In this document: in pieces, positions 36,064 through 46,650 of the stretch
Position numbering within the stretch: position 1 is the stretch's first letter
Layout of the letters: each line of letters opens with the position of its first letter
Assembly (NCBI GenBank): GCA_938040315.1
Contig: CALHQW010000015.1
Coordinates: forward strand, 13,729 to 77,728
Length of the DNA stretch: 64,000 nt
Reading direction: 5' to 3'
Source of the DNA: an uncultured bacterium
Lineage (GTDB): Bacteria; Hydrothermota; Tepidihabitantia; Tepidihabitantales; DTDR01
The notes under the pieces: generated by a model
The model's input: the letters and a program-made list of their open reading frames with translations, nothing else
Databases searched by the model: none
What the model was told of the DNA's origin: nothing
Made by a program: the position numbers and the translations under genes

Positions 36064-37170
36064 TTATAATAACATTCTAAGTATCGTTGGCAAAGTTAAA
36101 TTATTTTTATTTATCTTTTTTTCTATTGGATGAGGTAATTTTAATTCCTTTTCTATTTCGCCCTCTTGCAATTTTTCTAAAATCACATCTTTTTCCCATT
36201 CCTCAATCGCTTCTTTAAAAAATCCAGAAGCTAAAAATCCTACTCGTATCTTTTTCATATTTTTATCCTTTAAAAAGGTAAATTGAATTTTCGCATTATT
36301 ATTAACTTTCTTAGAAATTTTTTCACAGATATCGCTTACTACTTCCAAGGTTATTAGTTCATTCCCACAAACCCAAATGAGAAAGTTTTTGGCATATTTA
36401 ACATTATTATCAAATAAAGGTGAATTAAATAATGCTTCACAAATCCTTTCTTGATTTTCCTCTTCACCGTAAACAATTATTCCTCTTCCTTTTTCACTGA
36501 TTATATTTTTAATATTAGCCAAATCTATTCCGGTTAAATGAGAATTATCAATTACTTTTATTAAATCCGTAACACCAACAGCCACCATATAATTTATCAT
36601 TTGAAATACTTCTTCCATTTTTACATTACCTATTTTCTTTTTTATCTGATTATTAGAAATAACAATTACTGAAGAAAAGAAGTTCTCAATTTTTTCTAAA
36701 GAATTCTTAGCAATCATATTTATCACGTTGCCTTCGTAATTGAAGGGTTTAACAGTTATTATCAAAGTCAATGTATTTTCTTCTTTTGCCCACTCAGCAA
36801 TCTTCGGAGTGGCTCCGCTGCCAGTACCTTTTCCCAAACAAGAAATTAATATTAATAAATCGGTGCCATTAATTTTTTCTCGTATCTCTTTCTCATTTTC
36901 TAACACTGCCTGCTCTCCAATTTCCGGTTTTCCTCCTGAACCAAATCCCTGGGTTAAATTTTTTCCTAATTGAATTTTATTTTTTGCCAAAGAGTACTCC
37001 AAAGACTTTATATCAGTATTAAGTGCCAAGTATTCCAAGCAAATATTATTTGGTTGAAAATTTAATTGAAGATGATAATTTATCAAACTATTTAAAATGT
37101 TAATTCCACCTCCTCCAATTCCTAAAATTTTTATTTTCAATTTACTTATTTTTTCGCAAGGATAAATCAT
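36064..37170 (-). CDS. ftsZ: cell division GTPase FtsZ
   Basis: GIGGGGINILN, GKGTGSGATPKIA (tubulin signature), NEAV-like T7 region. Stop lies 1 nt from the infA stop. Confidence 0.8.
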   Translation of the reverse strand: MIYPCEKISKLKIKILGIGGGGINILNSLINYHLQLNFQPNNICLEYLALNTDIKSLEYSLAKNKIQLGKNLTQGFGSGGKPEIGEQAVLENEKEIREKINGTDLLILISCLGKGTGSGATPKIAEWAKEENTLTLIITVKPFNYEGNVINMIAKNSLEKIENFFSSVIVISNNQIKKKIGNVKMEEVFQMINYMVAVGVTDLIKVIDNSHLTGIDLANIKNIISEKGRGIIVYGEEENQERICEALFNSPLFDNNVKYAKNFLIWVCGNELITLEVVSDICEKISKKVNNNAKIQFTFLKDKNMKKIRVGFLASGFFKEAIEEWEKDVILEKLQEGEIEKELKLPHPIEKKINKNNLTLPTILRMLL

Positions 37171-37183
37171 TTTCTCCTCCTTT

Positions 37184-38422
37184 TTATTCTTCTCCCAACA
37201 ATAAGGTCAACCTTTTTTTTAGCCAATTTTTTATTTTATCAAAAAAATCCATCTCTTTCACTGGCAAGTAGTTCTTCTTTTTTAATTTATACTTAATTAA
37301 TCCAATTAAAGTAGCGTATCTAGGATTCACAAAATTACTTGGGGAAATTTTTTCTTTTATTAATTGATGAAATCCTACTCTGGTGGGCAAAGAAAAAATC
37401 TCTTCTACCAATTTGGCAATTCCCGGAGTATTAGCTACTCCTCCGGTAATCACAATGTTTAAAGGAAGAATTGCCTCCTCTTTTATTTTTTCATACTCTT
37501 GCTTTACTAAATATAAAATTTCTCGCAATCGATATTCAATCACCTGTGATAACTGACTGAGAGTTATTCGCTTCCTTATTTCTCCGGAATGATTAATTAT
37601 TTCTATTGGCAAATCATCATTAATTGCTTCACTAAAAGCCACACCATATTCTTTTTTAATTTTCTCAGCATAATAAAAGGGAGTTAAAAATACCATGGCA
37701 ATATCATTAGTTATTGAAACGCCACCTAAATTTAAATTGAAACCAATTTGGTATTCACCATTTTTATAAATCCCAAATTTTACTCCACCGCCAATATCTA
37801 AAACTGCTACTCCCCTATCCAATTCTTTTTCTTCACAAACTCCTAAACCAATTACCGCATTCTGAAAAATTAATTCAAATTTTCTAACTTCTAATCCTTC
37901 AAGAATCTCAACAATTGTTTTTAAACTGCTCCGCGGAATAGTTAAAAGTAATGCTTTTAAAGTCAATTTATTATAAACAGACATTTTTAAAGGTTGTTTT
38001 ATACCTCTCATTCCATCAATTGTGTACTCTAAAGGAATTAATTGCCATATCACTAACTCCGCAGGTAATGAGATTCTTTGAGCTTTTCTTTTTACCTCTA
38101 TTAAATCCTCTTCTTGCACAGGCCGTACAAAATCATCTTTACTACTTTCGCTATGCAATTCTTTTATGTAGTCACTTTGTAAACCAATAATTACGTTTGT
38201 TTTTTTAACTTTTATCTGCGCTTTTTGTTCAGCTTCCGTAACTGCTAATCTAAGAGACTCATAGGCTTTTTCACTATCAACCACAATCCCTTTATTAAAA
38301 CCTTCTGTTTCTGATTCGCCAAATCCCAAAATGTTTATCTTTTCTTGTGCATCAATTTCACTAATTAAACATTTCACAGTAGTAATTCCTAAATCTAAAG
38401 TAGTAATTATTCTTTTTTTCAT
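37184..38422 (-). CDS. ftsA: cell division protein FtsA (actin fold)
   Basis: LDLGITTVKCLISE..., VLDIGGGV, ITGGVANTPG. Confidence 0.75.
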   Translation of the reverse strand: MKKRIITTLDLGITTVKCLISEIDAQEKINILGFGESETEGFNKGIVVDSEKAYESLRLAVTEAEQKAQIKVKKTNVIIGLQSDYIKELHSESSKDDFVRPVQEEDLIEVKRKAQRISLPAELVIWQLIPLEYTIDGMRGIKQPLKMSVYNKLTLKALLLTIPRSSLKTIVEILEGLEVRKFELIFQNAVIGLGVCEEKELDRGVAVLDIGGGVKFGIYKNGEYQIGFNLNLGGVSITNDIAMVFLTPFYYAEKIKKEYGVAFSEAINDDLPIEIINHSGEIRKRITLSQLSQVIEYRLREILYLVKQEYEKIKEEAILPLNIVITGGVANTPGIAKLVEEIFSLPTRVGFHQLIKEKISPSNFVNPRYATLIGLIKYKLKKKNYLPVKEMDFFDKIKNWLKKRLTLLLGEE

Positions 38423-38423
38423 A

Positions 38424-39308
38424 TTAAATATTTGCTATTTTTATTTCTTCCTCCAATAGAATATTAAATTTTTTATACACTTTTTCTTTAACAATATGAA
38501 TTAATTCATAAACATCTAAAAATTTAGCCCTTTTCATATTAATAATAAAATTTGCGTGCTTATCAGAAATAATTGCATCACCGACACGAAAATTTTTTAA
38601 ACCAGCGTTTTCAATTAGTTTACCAGCAGGAAGATTGTTAGTAGGATTTTTAAAAATACAGCCTAAAGATTTTCCTTTAGGAAACTTTTCATTTCTTATT
38701 TTTAAATATTTTGTAATTAAATGTTTCTGACTTTCTTTTTTTAGTATTAAAATTACACTCACTATCAACTCATCATCTTTGATAGAAGAATAACGATATC
38801 CAAAATTAATTTCTTCTTTTTTTATGATTTTAAAACCTTCTCTAAATGAAAAAACTTCTATTTCTTTTATAAAATCTGCTATGGAGACGCCAAAAGCTCC
38901 GGCATTCATTTTAATCGCACCTCCCAAACTGCCTGGAATCCCAATTAAAGGTTCTAAACCAGAAAAGGAAAATTTTTGGAGTTTTAAAATCAAATTTGTT
39001 AAACTTATACCAGCCCCAATTTTTACTATTGGAGGATTTTCCTCTAAGTGTTCGAAAGAATTATCCTGGTATTGAATTGCTATTCCATTTAAATACCAGT
39101 CAGGAAAAAGAAGATTAGTAAGTTTCCCAATAAAAACATATTTATTTTTTTCTTTTTCAATAATTTCTTTTAAAATTGGTAAAGAATTTTTATTTTTAAT
39201 TTTCAATAAATATTTAATTTTTCCTCCAATACCAATTGAAGATATTTTATTTAAAGAAAAATTTTCTCTTATCACAACTTCTTCTATCTCTCCAAAAATT
39301 TTTCGCAT
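38424..39308 (-). CDS. murB: UDP-N-acetylenolpyruvoylglucosamine reductase
   Basis: IGIGGKIKY, GIPGSLGGAIKMNAGAFG, C-terminal RxxKxP region. Confidence 0.8.
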   Translation of the reverse strand: MRKIFGEIEEVVIRENFSLNKISSIGIGGKIKYLLKIKNKNSLPILKEIIEKEKNKYVFIGKLTNLLFPDWYLNGIAIQYQDNSFEHLEENPPIVKIGAGISLTNLILKLQKFSFSGLEPLIGIPGSLGGAIKMNAGAFGVSIADFIKEIEVFSFREGFKIIKKEEINFGYRYSSIKDDELIVSVILILKKESQKHLITKYLKIRNEKFPKGKSLGCIFKNPTNNLPAGKLIENAGLKNFRVGDAIISDKHANFIINMKRAKFLDVYELIHIVKEKVYKKFNILLEEEIKIANI

Positions 39309-40681
39309 AATTCTTTGATATTTCCTGCACCTAAAGTAATTACTACATCTCCTTTTTTTAGTTTTTTCATTATTGTGTTGTATATCTCCTCAAAGGTTTC
39401 TAAATAATAAACTTCTTTATTTTTTTCTTTAGCAGTTACTCCATCATAAATTAATTTTCCACTTACTCCTGGTATTGAAGTTTCATTTGCTGGATAAATC
39501 TCTGTTATCACAACAATATCCGCCTCATCAAAAACGTCACTAAAATTTTTCCAAAGATAAAAAGTTCTTGTATATCTATGAGGTTGAAATATAGCAATTA
39601 CTCGATTAGTAGGATGTTTTTGTCTCAAAGCTTTTAAAGTCATTTTTATTTCGGTAGGATGATGCGCATAATCATCGTAGAAAATTATTCCGGCTTTTTC
39701 TCCTTTTTGCTCTAATCGTCGTTCAATACCTTGAAAAATTTTTAATGCTTTTTTAATTTTCTTTTTATCTATCCTTAGTTCTTTTGCTACAATTACAGCA
39801 GCAGTAGCATTGAAAATATTGTGAATTCCTAACAAAGGAATTTTTAAAGATATAAACCTTTGATTTTTATGAAGTATATCAAAAGACGAAAAATTTTTGT
39901 ACAATTTTACATTCTTAATTTGAAAATCTGCCTTTTCTGAAAAACCATAACTTAAAACTCTTCTTTTTATTAAATTTTTTATTTCCCTTAAATTAATATC
40001 ATCTTCATTAATTATACATAATCCAAAAAAGGGAGGTTTGTTTAAAAATTCTAAAAAAGCGTTCTTTAAAGTATTCAAATTTTTATAATAGTCTAAATGT
40101 TCTGGTTCAATATTTGTAACCACTACAATTGTTGGGAAAAGCATTAAAAAACTTCCGTCCGACTCGTCAGCTTCACAAACCAAATAATCACCTTTTCCTA
40201 ATTTAGCACCACTATCCATACTTAATATTTTTCCTCCAATGATTACTGTGGGATCTTTTTTAGCATATTCTAAAATATGAGCGATTAAAGAGGTAGTTGT
40301 TGTTTTTCCATGAGTACCGGAAACAGCAATTGAATATTTCATCCGCATTAACTCACCCAACATTTCTGCTCTAGGAATTACAGGAATGCCTAACTCTTTT
40401 GCACAAATTAACTCAGGATTAGAAGGAGGTATTGCAGAAGAAAAAATTACTAGCTCCACACCTTTTATATTTTCTTTAGAGTGGGAATAATATACTTTTA
40501 TTCCATTTTTTTTTAGAAATTCTGTTAAGGGAGTTTTTTTTATATCTGAACCAGAAATTTCAAAACCCAAATTTTTTAAAACCAATGCTAACCCAGACAT
40601 TCCGCTGCCACCAATACCAACAAAATGAATTTTTTTTATTTGCCATCTTTTTTTAATAAAAATCAAATTGTTTTTTTTCAT
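39284..40681 (-). CDS. murC: UDP-N-acetylmuramate--L-alanine ligase
   Basis: HFVGIGGSGMSGLA, GTHGKTTTTSL. Confidence 0.85.
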   Translation of the reverse strand: MKKNNLIFIKKRWQIKKIHFVGIGGSGMSGLALVLKNLGFEISGSDIKKTPLTEFLKKNGIKVYYSHSKENIKGVELVIFSSAIPPSNPELICAKELGIPVIPRAEMLGELMRMKYSIAVSGTHGKTTTTSLIAHILEYAKKDPTVIIGGKILSMDSGAKLGKGDYLVCEADESDGSFLMLFPTIVVVTNIEPEHLDYYKNLNTLKNAFLEFLNKPPFFGLCIINEDDINLREIKNLIKRRVLSYGFSEKADFQIKNVKLYKNFSSFDILHKNQRFISLKIPLLGIHNIFNATAAVIVAKELRIDKKKIKKALKIFQGIERRLEQKGEKAGIIFYDDYAHHPTEIKMTLKALRQKHPTNRVIAIFQPHRYTRTFYLWKNFSDVFDEADIVVITEIYPANETSIPGVSGKLIYDGVTAKEKNKEVYYLETFEEIYNTIMKKLKKGDVVITLGAGNIKELCEKFLER

Positions 40682-41721
40682 TTTTTAATTTTCTCAATAA
40701 TAAATTTAGCAATTAAAGTTGCCGCATCTCTTTTTACAAATTTCTCCATCCTCTTTTTTATTTTCTCTCGGATATTTTCATTATTAATTAATAAAGAAAC
40801 CTTTTCTTTTATCTCTTCCCAATTTTCTTCGTTAGAAAAAAAAACTCCAGTATATTGAGCCACATATTGAGCATTCTTTTGTTGATGATTATCTTTAGCC
40901 AGAGGATAGGGAATAAAAATTGTAGGAATATTGAAACATAAAATTTCAGAAATAGTTATTCCTCCTGCCCGAGCGATAGCCACTTTAGCCTTTTTTAAAT
41001 ATTCTTGAATATTTACTTCAAAATTGAAAATTTTCACATTTTTTCTCTCTATACCGCTTTCTTTTTTTCCTTTCCCCACCTGGATTAAAAAAAACTCATT
41101 GGGAAACTCTTCCGCCAACCTCATACCTATTTCAACCAATTTTTTAGCTCCTAAACTTCCTCCCAAAATTAAACAAATTTTTTCTTCTTTGTTTTTTAAA
41201 CTTTCTTCTAAAATTTCTTTTCGCAAAGGGTTTCCTGTATAAACAAATTTCCATTTTTTTGATAATCGTTGAGTGGAAATTGGAAACCCTAAAAAAACTT
41301 TTTCTGCAAAAATCGAAAAATATTTCACTGTTCTACCTAAAACTGCATTCTGCTCTAAAAGATACACTGGTTTAAAAAATATTTTAGCAATTAAAATTGG
41401 CAATATGCAAAAATAATTTCCAGTAGCAATTAGAGCCTTTGGCTTAAAATACCAAAAAAGATATAATAATTTTATTATAGTATAAACTAATGTTAAAAAA
41501 AACAGCAACATTTCTTTTAATCCTTTGGCAAAAGGATGGTATAGAGGTAGTAAATAATAAAAGACATTATAATTTTTATATATTTTTTCCTCAATTCCTC
41601 CTTTTTTACCTAAAAAAATACAATTAAAACCAAATTTTTTTAATTCTTCATAAATACTTATACCTGGCATTATATGACCCCCTGTTAAAGCTGCACTAAT
41701 AAAAATATTATATTTCTTCAT
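40678..41721 (-). CDS. murG: undecaprenyldiphospho-muramoylpentapeptide beta-N-acetylglucosaminyltransferase
   Basis: FISAALTGGHIMPGISI, LILGGSLGAKKL, GGITISE. Confidence 0.75.
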   Translation of the reverse strand: MKKYNIFISAALTGGHIMPGISIYEELKKFGFNCIFLGKKGGIEEKIYKNYNVFYYLLPLYHPFAKGLKEMLLFFLTLVYTIIKLLYLFWYFKPKALIATGNYFCILPILIAKIFFKPVYLLEQNAVLGRTVKYFSIFAEKVFLGFPISTQRLSKKWKFVYTGNPLRKEILEESLKNKEEKICLILGGSLGAKKLVEIGMRLAEEFPNEFFLIQVGKGKKESGIERKNVKIFNFEVNIQEYLKKAKVAIARAGGITISEILCFNIPTIFIPYPLAKDNHQQKNAQYVAQYTGVFFSNEENWEEIKEKVSLLINNENIREKIKKRMEKFVKRDAATLIAKFIIEKIKK

Positions 41722-42775
41722 AAGAGATTCTTCCTGTATGCGAAATATTTAATACTACTCCACTTGCAAAAAGATTACTAATTAAAGCACTACCCCCATA
41801 AGAAATAAAAGGTAAAGGCTGCCCAGTCACTGGAATTAGAGCGAAAGCGGAAAAAATATGCAAAAAAATATAAAAAGAAATCATAATAATAAAACCTGTG
41901 GCGAAAAATTTACCAAAATTACTATCAGCATTTTGGGCGATGGTTATTCCTCTAATTAAAATAAAACTATAACTAAATAATAAAAATAAGATTCTAATAA
42001 ATCCTAATTCTTCGGCTATTCCTGCAAAAATGAAATCAGTATGAATTTTAGGAATAAATTTAAATTTCTGTTTACCGTAACCTAATCCTTTCCCAAATAA
42101 ACCACCAGAACCAATTGCTATCCTAGAGTGATATTGCTGCTCAATTTTACCTTCTTTAAATTTTTTTAATCTTTCTCGAGCATGAGGAAAAATATTCATT
42201 GCAGCAAAAATAAAAGGTAAAATAATTATTAAAAAACAAAAAATAATAGAAAGTTTTATTCCAGCAAATAATAACATTATAAAAACAGTTAAAAATAAAA
42301 TTGCTGCGGTACCAATTGCCGGTTGAAAAAGAATTAATAAAATTAATAAAACTATCAACAAAAGTTCTTTATGAAATTTGCTTAATTCTCTTTTTTCTTT
42401 TACTTTCGCTAAAAAATCAGCAACAAAAAAAAGTAAAAAAATTTTACAAAATTCCTGGGGTTGAAATTTCAAGAAAAGAAAAGAAAATTCTCTAATTGTT
42501 TTAGAGGATATTTTAGAGAAAAAGACTGTTAAAAAAAGAAAAATTAAAGAAAGAGTATATAAAATTTTTGCTCTTCGTTCACCCCAAAAATCATAAGGAA
42601 TAAGAATACCTAACAAAAGTGCTAAAAGGCCTAAAAGGATTCTTAAAAAATGTTTTTTAAAATAAATCGAATTCCCAATCATGGTGGAAGAATAAATCGC
42701 TAAGAGAGAAAAAAAAGTAAGAGATAAGATAATTTCTAAAAAGATTAAATCAATTTTTATCTTTTTCAATTTCAT
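41708..42775 (-). CDS. ftsW: SEDS-family peptidoglycan glycosyltransferase FtsW
   Basis: 10 TM helices. ...PVTGQPLPFISYGGSALISN. Start placed at the MKLKKIK Met (aa 22 of the track ORF, which begins with TTG at 42838) so it no longer overlaps murD. Confidence 0.7.
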   Translation of the reverse strand: MKLKKIKIDLIFLEIILSLTFFSLLAIYSSTMIGNSIYFKKHFLRILLGLLALLLGILIPYDFWGERRAKILYTLSLIFLFLTVFFSKISSKTIREFSFLFLKFQPQEFCKIFLLFFVADFLAKVKEKRELSKFHKELLLIVLLILLILFQPAIGTAAILFLTVFIMLLFAGIKLSIIFCFLIIILPFIFAAMNIFPHARERLKKFKEGKIEQQYHSRIAIGSGGLFGKGLGYGKQKFKFIPKIHTDFIFAGIAEELGFIRILFLLFSYSFILIRGITIAQNADSNFGKFFATGFIIMISFYIFLHIFSAFALIPVTGQPLPFISYGGSALISNLFASGVVLNISHTGRISYEEI

Positions 42776-44093
42776 ATACAAATTTTTTAAATTTTTCTCC
42801 TCGTTCAATAAAATCTTGAAAATAATCAAAACTTGCAAAAGCAGGAGAAAAAAGAATTATATCTCCTTTTTTACTTATTTCTTTAGCCTTTACCACCGCT
42901 TCTTTAAGTGACTCAACTAATAAAAAGTTTTGATAGTTAATTTTTAAAAGTTCTTCTTTTAATTTTTCCTTATTTTCACCAAACAATATTACATATTTTG
43001 CTTTTTTAGAAATAACTTTAATATAATCTTCTAAAGGTAAATTTTTTTCCTTTCCACCTGTAATCAAAATTACTTTTTGGTTAAAAATAAGCAACGAATT
43101 AATACCTGCTGTTGGGTTGGTACACATTGAATTATTAATATATCTAATTCCTTTATTCTCTATTACTAATTCTAACCGATGAGGTAGACCTTGAAAATTT
43201 TTTAAACCATCTATTAAATTTTCTTCTCTAACTCCTAAAATTTTGCTAACCAAAATAGCAGCTAAGATATTTTCAGAATGAGTTTTTCCAATAAATTTTA
43301 ATTCTTTCATATTTATAACCGGAAGCGAATAACCATTAAAATTTACAAAAAATTTCTTTTTTATTTTATCATAATAAGCATCACTAAATTTATCGTCTGT
43401 AGAAAAAATTTTTATTATTGGCCGATAAACATTAAAATAAGGATTAAAGATTAAATTTTTATTTATAACACAAAAGTCTTTTTTTGTCTGGTTTTCAAAG
43501 AGCCTCATTTTACTTCTTTGATAATCCTCGAAACTCTTATGCCAATCTAAATGATCATAATTAATGTTTAACAAGACACCGATATTCGGTTTAAAACTTT
43601 TTATTCGTGCTAATTGAAAAGAAGAAACTTCTAATACATTAAACTCTTTTTTTTCTCGCACTGCCTCAATAGCTGGTTTCCCGGGTGTAAGATTGCCTCC
43701 ATAAAAAACATTTTTTTTATCCCTCAATAAAATTTCTCCTATTAAACAAGTAGTAGTTGATTTTCCATTTGTACCAGTAATAGCAATTATGACTGTATTT
43801 TTTATGAAAGAATAAACAAATTCAATATCAGAAATAATTGAATGAGAATTATTTATCATTTTTACTACTGGATTTTCATCATTGATTCCGGCACTTACTA
43901 TCACAATTAAATCTTTTATGTTTTTCAATTTCTTAATATCTTCTTCTCTCACCAATTGAAAAGTTTTATATTTTAAAAACTCTTTGCCTTTTTCTTCATT
44001 TTGATCATATCCATATACAATTTCGTTATTTTCCAAAAGAAATTCAGCAATCCCCTTTCCTTGTCTTCCTAATCCTAATATTAAATATCTCAT
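42750..44093 (-). CDS. murD: UDP-N-acetylmuramoylalanine--D-glutamate ligase
   Basis: MRYLILGLGRQGKG (Rossmann), ITGTNGKSTT. Start placed at Met19 of the track ORF, which gives an ATGA overlap with the mraY stop. Confidence 0.8.
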   Translation of the reverse strand: MRYLILGLGRQGKGIAEFLLENNEIVYGYDQNEEKGKEFLKYKTFQLVREEDIKKLKNIKDLIVIVSAGINDENPVVKMINNSHSIISDIEFVYSFIKNTVIIAITGTNGKSTTTCLIGEILLRDKKNVFYGGNLTPGKPAIEAVREKKEFNVLEVSSFQLARIKSFKPNIGVLLNINYDHLDWHKSFEDYQRSKMRLFENQTKKDFCVINKNLIFNPYFNVYRPIIKIFSTDDKFSDAYYDKIKKKFFVNFNGYSLPVINMKELKFIGKTHSENILAAILVSKILGVREENLIDGLKNFQGLPHRLELVIENKGIRYINNSMCTNPTAGINSLLIFNQKVILITGGKEKNLPLEDYIKVISKKAKYVILFGENKEKLKEELLKINYQNFLLVESLKEAVVKAKEISKKGDIILFSPAFASFDYFQDFIERGEKFKKFVYEIEKDKN

Positions 44094-45169
44094 CTTATTT
44101 TTAAACTTGCCAATGCAATTATTCCTAAAAGAATACCGATGAGCCAAAATCGGACTACAATTTTACTTTCCTTCTCACCTCTCATTTCATAATGATGATG
44201 CAGCGGAGCCATTCGAAATATTCTTTTACCTTTAGTAAAGTGAAAATAGATTACTTGTAAAAGAACCGAAAAAAATTCTAAAAAAAACACACCACCAGCA
44301 AAAATAAATAATATTTCCTGTTTACTAGATAATGCTAAATAACCTAACATCATTCCTAAAGGCAAAGAACCTACATCACCCATAAAGATTTCTGCTGGAT
44401 AAGCATTAAACCATAAAAATCCTAAGCAAGCACCCATTAAAATTAAAGCAAAAATACTTAATTCACCAACTTCTTTAATGTAGAGTAAATTTAAATAATG
44501 CGCAATTTTGAAATTACCACCACAATAAATTAGAACTGCATACACTCCGCTACAAATCGCAATCAATCCCGCTGCCAACCCGTCTAGTCCATCAGTAAGA
44601 TTTATTGCATTACTTACTATCAACATAAAAATAAAAGCAATTATTGGATAAAAAACTCGGAAATTAAGAAAAATATTTTTAAAAAAAAGTATCTGGGTTA
44701 TTCCTCTTAATCCTTTATCTTCTACCCAAAAATAAAATACCAAGATTAAGAGTAAAATCATTATGCTTTGCGATATTAATTTTGTTTTAATATCTAAACC
44801 TTTTTTTCTTTTAACTTTATAATAGTCATCAAAAAAACCCAAAATAGCAAAGGCAATAAAAGATAAAATGCCTAAGATTATATACCGATTTGTGATATCA
44901 GCAAAAAGTAAAAAAGAAATTACACTAGCCGTCACAATTAAGATTCCACCCATAGTGGGGATGTTCTTTTTCAGATGGTCTTCCGGCATAAATTCTTTTA
45001 TTGGTTGTATGAAATTTTTATTTCTTAAATAATTAATAATTTTTTTCCCTAATAATAATACTAAAATAATTGCTAATGCACTACCACAAAAAGCTCGAAA
45101 AGTTATATAACGAAAAAGATTAAAACCTATCCAAACGTCTTTTAAAGGATAAAAAATTAGGAACAACAT
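44090..45169 (-). CDS. mraY: phospho-N-acetylmuramoyl-pentapeptide-transferase
   Basis: PTMGGILI, NAINLTDGLDGLAAG, HHH motif LHHHYE. Confidence 0.85.
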   Translation of the reverse strand: MLFLIFYPLKDVWIGFNLFRYITFRAFCGSALAIILVLLLGKKIINYLRNKNFIQPIKEFMPEDHLKKNIPTMGGILIVTASVISFLLFADITNRYIILGILSFIAFAILGFFDDYYKVKRKKGLDIKTKLISQSIMILLLILVFYFWVEDKGLRGITQILFFKNIFLNFRVFYPIIAFIFMLIVSNAINLTDGLDGLAAGLIAICSGVYAVLIYCGGNFKIAHYLNLLYIKEVGELSIFALILMGACLGFLWFNAYPAEIFMGDVGSLPLGMMLGYLALSSKQEILFIFAGGVFFLEFFSVLLQVIYFHFTKGKRIFRMAPLHHHYEMRGEKESKIVVRFWLIGILLGIIALASLKIR

Positions 45170-46650
45170 TTTTCCAAGGCTTTTTTTAATTCTTCCCGAT
45201 CATTAAAATGTAAAACTTGGTTTCCAATAATTTGATAATCTTCGTGTCCCTTTCCGGCTACTAAAATAGTATCTCCTGGCTTAGCTAAAGAAACTCCTTT
45301 TTCAATTGCTTTTCTTCTATCTTCTTCCACTATTACTTCTTTATTATTTATACCCATTAAAATGTCGCTCAAAATATTTTCAAAATTTTCTCCTCGACTA
45401 TTATCTTGAGTAATAATTATAATATCAGCGAATTCGCAAGCTATTTTCCCCATTAAGGGTCTTTTTTCCTTATCTCTTTCGCCTCCACATCCAAAAATTA
45501 AAATTAACTTTTTACCAAAAGGCCGAAGAGTTTTAAGAACTTCTCTCAAACTTTCTGGAGTATGAGCAAAATCTACAAAAGCGTTGATTCCTAAATTGTT
45601 ATTTACTTTTTCTAATCTTCCCCGCACTCCTTCAAAATTCTCAATATTTTTTAAAATACTTTCTTCATCGAATCCTAAAATTTTTGCAATTCCAAAACTT
45701 AATAGAATATTATACAAATTAAATTTTCCAAAAATTTTTGTTTTTCCTTTTATTTCTTTTTTATTAATTTTGACAATAAATTCCATTTTATTTAAATCTA
45801 TTTTTAAGACTTCGCCTTTTATGTAAGCGTCAGAATTAACTCCATAAGTAAGTATGTTTACATTTTTTTTATTTAAATTTTTAAAATTTTCAATTAATTC
45901 TTTCCCAAAACTATCGTCCATATTAATAATTGCCCATCCATTATTTTTTATATATTCAAATAATTTTTTTTTGCTTTTTTTGTAATCTTCAATATTTTTA
46001 TGAAAATCTAAATGATCATGTCCTAAATTTGTTAATCCTGCTATCCAAAAATTCAGTCCATACACTCTATCTAATGCTAATGCGTGGGAAGAGACTTCCA
46101 TTACACAATATTTGATATTTTTTGTATATAATTTATTAAGTAAAAAATAAATAAACTCGCTCTCTGGAGTAGTATTTAAAGACTTTATCCAATTTTCTCC
46201 ATCAAAATGATTAATAGTCCCTATTAAACCAGTGGAAATATTAAAAGAATTTAAAATATGTTTAATCAAATAGGTTACAGTAGTTTTGCCTTGAGTTCCA
46301 GTAATTCCGATTAACACAAGATTGTCATCTACTTGGCGATAATAATTTTTACAAATAAGTGAGTATACCTTTCTTATCTCATCAGTGTAAAGATAGGTAA
46401 AAGCATTTTTTGGGATTAAATCTTTTCTTCTTTCTTTAGGTAATAAAAAAGCATTCGCCCCTCTTTTCATTGCCTCTTCTAAATAAAGAAAACCATCGGT
46501 TTTAAAACCTGGAATAGCAGCAAAAAGATAATTTTTCTTTACATTTTTAGAAAAAGCCGTAATTCCTTCAATTATAATATCTTTTTCTCCAACAATTTCT
46601 AAATTATTTATTTCTTTAATTAATTCTATTAATTTCATTTCTAAAATCAC
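45157..46650 (-). CDS. murE: UDP-N-acetylmuramoyl-tripeptide ligase, MurE type (DNPR-like DNSR motif)
   Basis: ITGTQGKTTVTYL, HLDFHKNIEDY, IITQDNSRGE. Confidence 0.75.
   Translation of the reverse strand: MILEMKLIELIKEINNLEIVGEKDIIIEGITAFSKNVKKNYLFAAIPGFKTDGFLYLEEAMKRGANAFLLPKERRKDLIPKNAFTYLYTDEIRKVYSLICKNYYRQVDDNLVLIGITGTQGKTTVTYLIKHILNSFNISTGLIGTINHFDGENWIKSLNTTPESEFIYFLLNKLYTKNIKYCVMEVSSHALALDRVYGLNFWIAGLTNLGHDHLDFHKNIEDYKKSKKKLFEYIKNNGWAIINMDDSFGKELIENFKNLNKKNVNILTYGVNSDAYIKGEVLKIDLNKMEFIVKINKKEIKGKTKIFGKFNLYNILLSFGIAKILGFDEESILKNIENFEGVRGRLEKVNNNLGINAFVDFAHTPESLREVLKTLRPFGKKLILIFGCGGERDKEKRPLMGKIACEFADIIIITQDNSRGENFENILSDILMGINNKEVIVEEDRRKAIEKGVSLAKPGDTILVAGKGHEDYQIIGNQVLHFNDREELKKALEKCCS

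Noticed and set aside
42750-42840. Apparent frame conflict at the murD/ftsW junction when counting bases by eye
   Set aside because: Traced to my unreliable counting of a long a/t homopolymer run. The ORF track is internally consistent, so no frameshift or pseudogene is claimed.
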